The notes beneath the pieces were generated by a model. The model was not told the origin of the DNA. It made no database searches and saw only the letters and a list, made by a program, of their open reading frames with translations. A stretch of DNA of 55,340 nucleotides from Clostridia bacterium (lineage in GTDB: Bacteria; Bacillota; Clostridia; Oscillospirales; CAG-272), in contig JAFQMP010000026.1 of assembly GCA_017396225.1 (NCBI GenBank), positions 1 through 55,340 of the forward strand. The letters are read 5' to 3'. Both the position numbers and the translations under genes were made by a program. Positions 53,020 through 55,340 of this stretch are shown here, in pieces (positions within the stretch are counted from its first letter, which is position 1; each line of letters starts with the position of its first letter).

Positions 53020-53769
53020 ATGAAATCCTACGAGGCGCTTTCTGCCGTATATGATGCACTCGGCACAGATATTGATTACAAGGGCTTTGCCGATTTTTAT
53101 GAGGCCTCCTTCAGGCGAGCAGGGCTTACCCCCTCGCTTGTCCTTGACCTTGGCTGCGGCACAGGGAACATGACGGTAGAGCTCGCCAAGCGCGGCTACG
53201 ATATGATTGGTGTTGACGGCAGCGCAGAGATGCTCTCCCACGCCATGACCCGCAAATATGAGGAAGAACTCCCTTCTATTTTACTTTTACAACAGGATAT
53301 GTGCGGCTTTGAGCTGTACGGTACCGTTGGTGCCGTAGTCAGCAGTCTGGATTGCGTGAATTACCTCACAGAAGAAGGCGACCTTGACCGCTGCTTCTCG
53401 CTTGTGCACAACTATCTTGACCCGGGCGGCATTTTCCTTTTTGACGTCAATACCCCCTATAAGTTCAAACACGTGTTCGGCAATAACGCCTATATTCTGG
53501 AAAACGAGAATTGCTACTGCGGTTGGCAAAATGAATACGATGAGGAAAGCGGGCTCTGTCGTTTCTACCTCTCTATTTTTGAGGAAACCGAGGGCGGCTG
53601 GCAGCGTAGCGACGAGGAGCAAGCTGAGCGCTGCTACGACAGGAGCACCCTCACCGCAGCACTCACGCGCGCGGGCTTTACCGACATTGAATTTTTTGGT
53701 GACACCGCGCACGGCGCCCCCACAGAGAAAACCGAGCGCTGGTTTATCTCGGCAATTTGCAAAAAATAA
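53020..53769 (+). CDS. Class I SAM-dependent methyltransferase
   Basis: VLDLGCGTG, GVDGSAEML, QDM, LD.VNY, L.PGG.F.FD. Confidence 0.9.
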   Translation: MKSYEALSAVYDALGTDIDYKGFADFYEASFRRAGLTPSLVLDLGCGTGNMTVELAKRGYDMIGVDGSAEMLSHAMTRKYEEELPSILLLQQDMCGFELYGTVGAVVSSLDCVNYLTEEGDLDRCFSLVHNYLDPGGIFLFDVNTPYKFKHVFGNNAYILENENCYCGWQNEYDEESGLCRFYLSIFEETEGGWQRSDEEQAERCYDRSTLTAALTRAGFTDIEFFGDTAHGAPTEKTERWFISAICKK

Positions 53770-53778
53770 GGAGCAACT

Positions 53779-54675
53779 ATGGAACAGGCAAAAATTCTGC
53801 GCGGTATGACGCGTGACGGCAGCGCACGCGTGCTGGTCATCGACTCACGCGCCATTGTCAATGAAATGATTCGTATCCACCATACAGCCCCCACCGCCAC
53901 CGCAGCACTGGGCAGACTTTTAACAGGTGCCTCGCTCATGGGCTCACTGCTGGGTGAAAAGCAGGACGTCCTTTCCCTCACCATATCAGGCGACGGCCCT
54001 CTCGGCAAGATGATTGCCACCACCGACTATATGGGCAACGTACGCGGCTATGTACAGAATCCGACGGTTGACCTGCCCTTAAAGAAGAACGGCAAGCTTG
54101 ATGTAGGCGGTGCTGTCGGTCGCGGCACGCTGACCGTTATCAAGGATATTGGCGGCAAGGAGCCCTACCACGGTATGATTCCGCTGGTCAGCGGTGAGAT
54201 TGCCGAGGATATTACCTCTTACTACGCGGAAAGCGAACAGGTGCCCACCCTGCTTGCCCTCGGTGTGCTGGTGGATACCGATTGCACCTGCCTCACCGCA
54301 GGCGGCGTTATGGTGCAGCTTTTGCCCTTTGCAGATGAGGCAGTGATTTCGCAGATTGAGAAAAATGCATCTTCTCTTGGCAATATTTCGGGGCTGCTGC
54401 GAAACGGCAAGAGCCTCAAGGACATTGCCGACATTGCGCTTGACGGCATTGAATACGATGTGTTTGATGAGCTTGATGTTTCCTACCGCTGCACCTGCTC
54501 GCGTGAGCGTATTGCAGGCGCACTCCACAGCATCGGAAAGCAGGAGCTTGACGACATGCTTGCCCTGCAGGAGGCTGAGGGAAAGCCGCGCGAGCTCCTG
54601 GTGCTTTGCCAATTCTGCGACAACCGCTACACCTTTACCGAAAATGAGATTGAGGGATTTTTCAAAAAAAGTTGA
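53779..54675 (+). CDS. hslO: Redox-regulated chaperone Hsp33
   Basis: [24 protein letters not shown]...SEQVP, CTCSRE, CQFC. Confidence 0.95.
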   Translation: MEQAKILRGMTRDGSARVLVIDSRAIVNEMIRIHHTAPTATAALGRLLTGASLMGSLLGEKQDVLSLTISGDGPLGKMIATTDYMGNVRGYVQNPTVDLPLKKNGKLDVGGAVGRGTLTVIKDIGGKEPYHGMIPLVSGEIAEDITSYYAESEQVPTLLALGVLVDTDCTCLTAGGVMVQLLPFADEAVISQIEKNASSLGNISGLLRNGKSLKDIADIALDGIEYDVFDELDVSYRCTCSRERIAGALHSIGKQELDDMLALQEAEGKPRELLVLCQFCDNRYTFTENEIEGFFKKS

Positions 54676-54693
54676 AAAAACTTAAAAAAGGTG

Positions 54694-54722
54694 TTGACAA
54701 GTAGAAATCACTGTGTTATAAT
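54694..54722 (+). promoter_or_regulatory. Consensus sigma-A promoter of the tRNA operon with A-rich UP element
   Basis: TTGACA-17 nt-TATAAT with TGn, preceded by A-tracts. Confidence 0.85.
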
Positions 54723-54765
54723 ATCAAAGTCGCTGGTTCGGGTTTCCGAGCTTGCGTGCTTACCT

Positions 54766-54842
54766 GGCCCGGTAGTTCAGTCGGTTAGAACGCTAGCCTG
54801 TCACGCTAGAGGTCGTGGGTTCGAGTCCCATCCGGGTCGCCA
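54766..54842 (+). tRNA. tRNA-Asp(GTC)
   Basis: Cloverleaf, ctagc-ct-GTC-ac-gctag, GGTTCGA, encoded CCA. Confidence 0.97.
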
Positions 54843-54847
54843 GGTAT

Positions 54848-54923
<76 letters not shown>

Positions 54924-54925
54924 TT

Positions 54926-55001
54926 GCGGATTTAGCTCATTTGGTAGAGCGCGACCTTGCCAAGGTCGAGGTGGCGGGTTCGAGCCCCGTAATCCGCTCC
55001 A
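54926..55001 (+). tRNA. tRNA-Gly(GCC)
   Basis: cgacc-tt-GCC-aa-ggtcg, GGTTCGA, CCA. Confidence 0.97.
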
Positions 55002-55108
55002 TAGGTTTGGAGCGAGAGACGTTTTGCTCTGGAAACCTTTTATATACGCCGGTAAAAAGCAGATGGAGGCAATAGTCTTTATCAAGCTTTTTACATAGTG
55101 CGAGTCCC

Positions 55109-55184
55109 GGGGGGTTAGCTCAGCTGGGAGAGCATCTGCCTTACAAGCAGAGGGTCACAGGTTCGAGCCCTGTACCCCCCACCA
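55109..55184 (+). tRNA. tRNA-Val(TAC)
   Basis: tctgc-ct-TAC-aa-gcaga, GGTTCGA, CCA. Confidence 0.97.
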
Positions 55185-55215
55185 TTTTTTATATTGAATA
55201 AAAGTTCAACCATTT

Positions 55216-55292
55216 GGCTCGGTAGTTCAGTTGGTTAGAACGCCAGCCTGTCACGCTGGAGGTCGTGGGTTCGAGCCCCATCCGAGTCGCCA
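55216..55292 (+). tRNA. tRNA-Asp(GTC), second isodecoder
   Basis: ccagc-ct-GTC-ac-gctgg, GGTTCGA, CCA. Confidence 0.97.
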
Positions 55293-55340
55293 AAAACAAT
55301 TCCGCAGCAATGCGGTTTTGTGCGTTATAGGGCTTTTTTA

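Overview
A 55.3-kb stretch of mostly core chromosome from a GC-rich Clostridia-type (Bacillota) bacterium. The assignment rests on spoVG, SCIFF, T-box, the ylm/sepF cluster and consensus sigma-A promoters. It carries translation and tRNA-modification genes (rlmH 3' part, rluA-family, ileS, miaA, queA, a U32/RlhA-like gene, aspS-gatA-gatB), a division cluster (yggS-sepF-yggT-ylmH), lysine-riboswitch-controlled dapA-dapB, a MacAB-type ABC exporter, recA-recX, small sugar modules, a probable cobalamin-riboswitch/ECF uptake unit with a frameshifted lipoprotein gene, a four-gene heptose/glycosylation locus, the SCIFF ranthipeptide pair, murC, hslO and five tRNAs. No CRISPR array, transposase, integrase or prophage was seen. 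Three observations stand out. (1) At the queA 3' end, the last 10 codons (SFGDAMLIV*) recur exactly 150 bp downstream with only synonymous changes, and the two copies are separated by a ~135-nt imperfect palindrome. A second, truncated palindrome unit and a gene remnant follow. This suggests an enzyme-less hairpin element that carries its own target homology and integrates at gene 3' ends. (2) An AspRS-GatC fusion heads an Asn(AAC) T-box operon, which would make a covalently tethered transamidosome. (3) An O-antigen-ligase/Wzy-like membrane protein is fused to an NTP_transf_5-like nucleotidyltransferase next to an HddC-GmhB heptose fusion. All family calls come from recognising motifs by eye, not from database searches.
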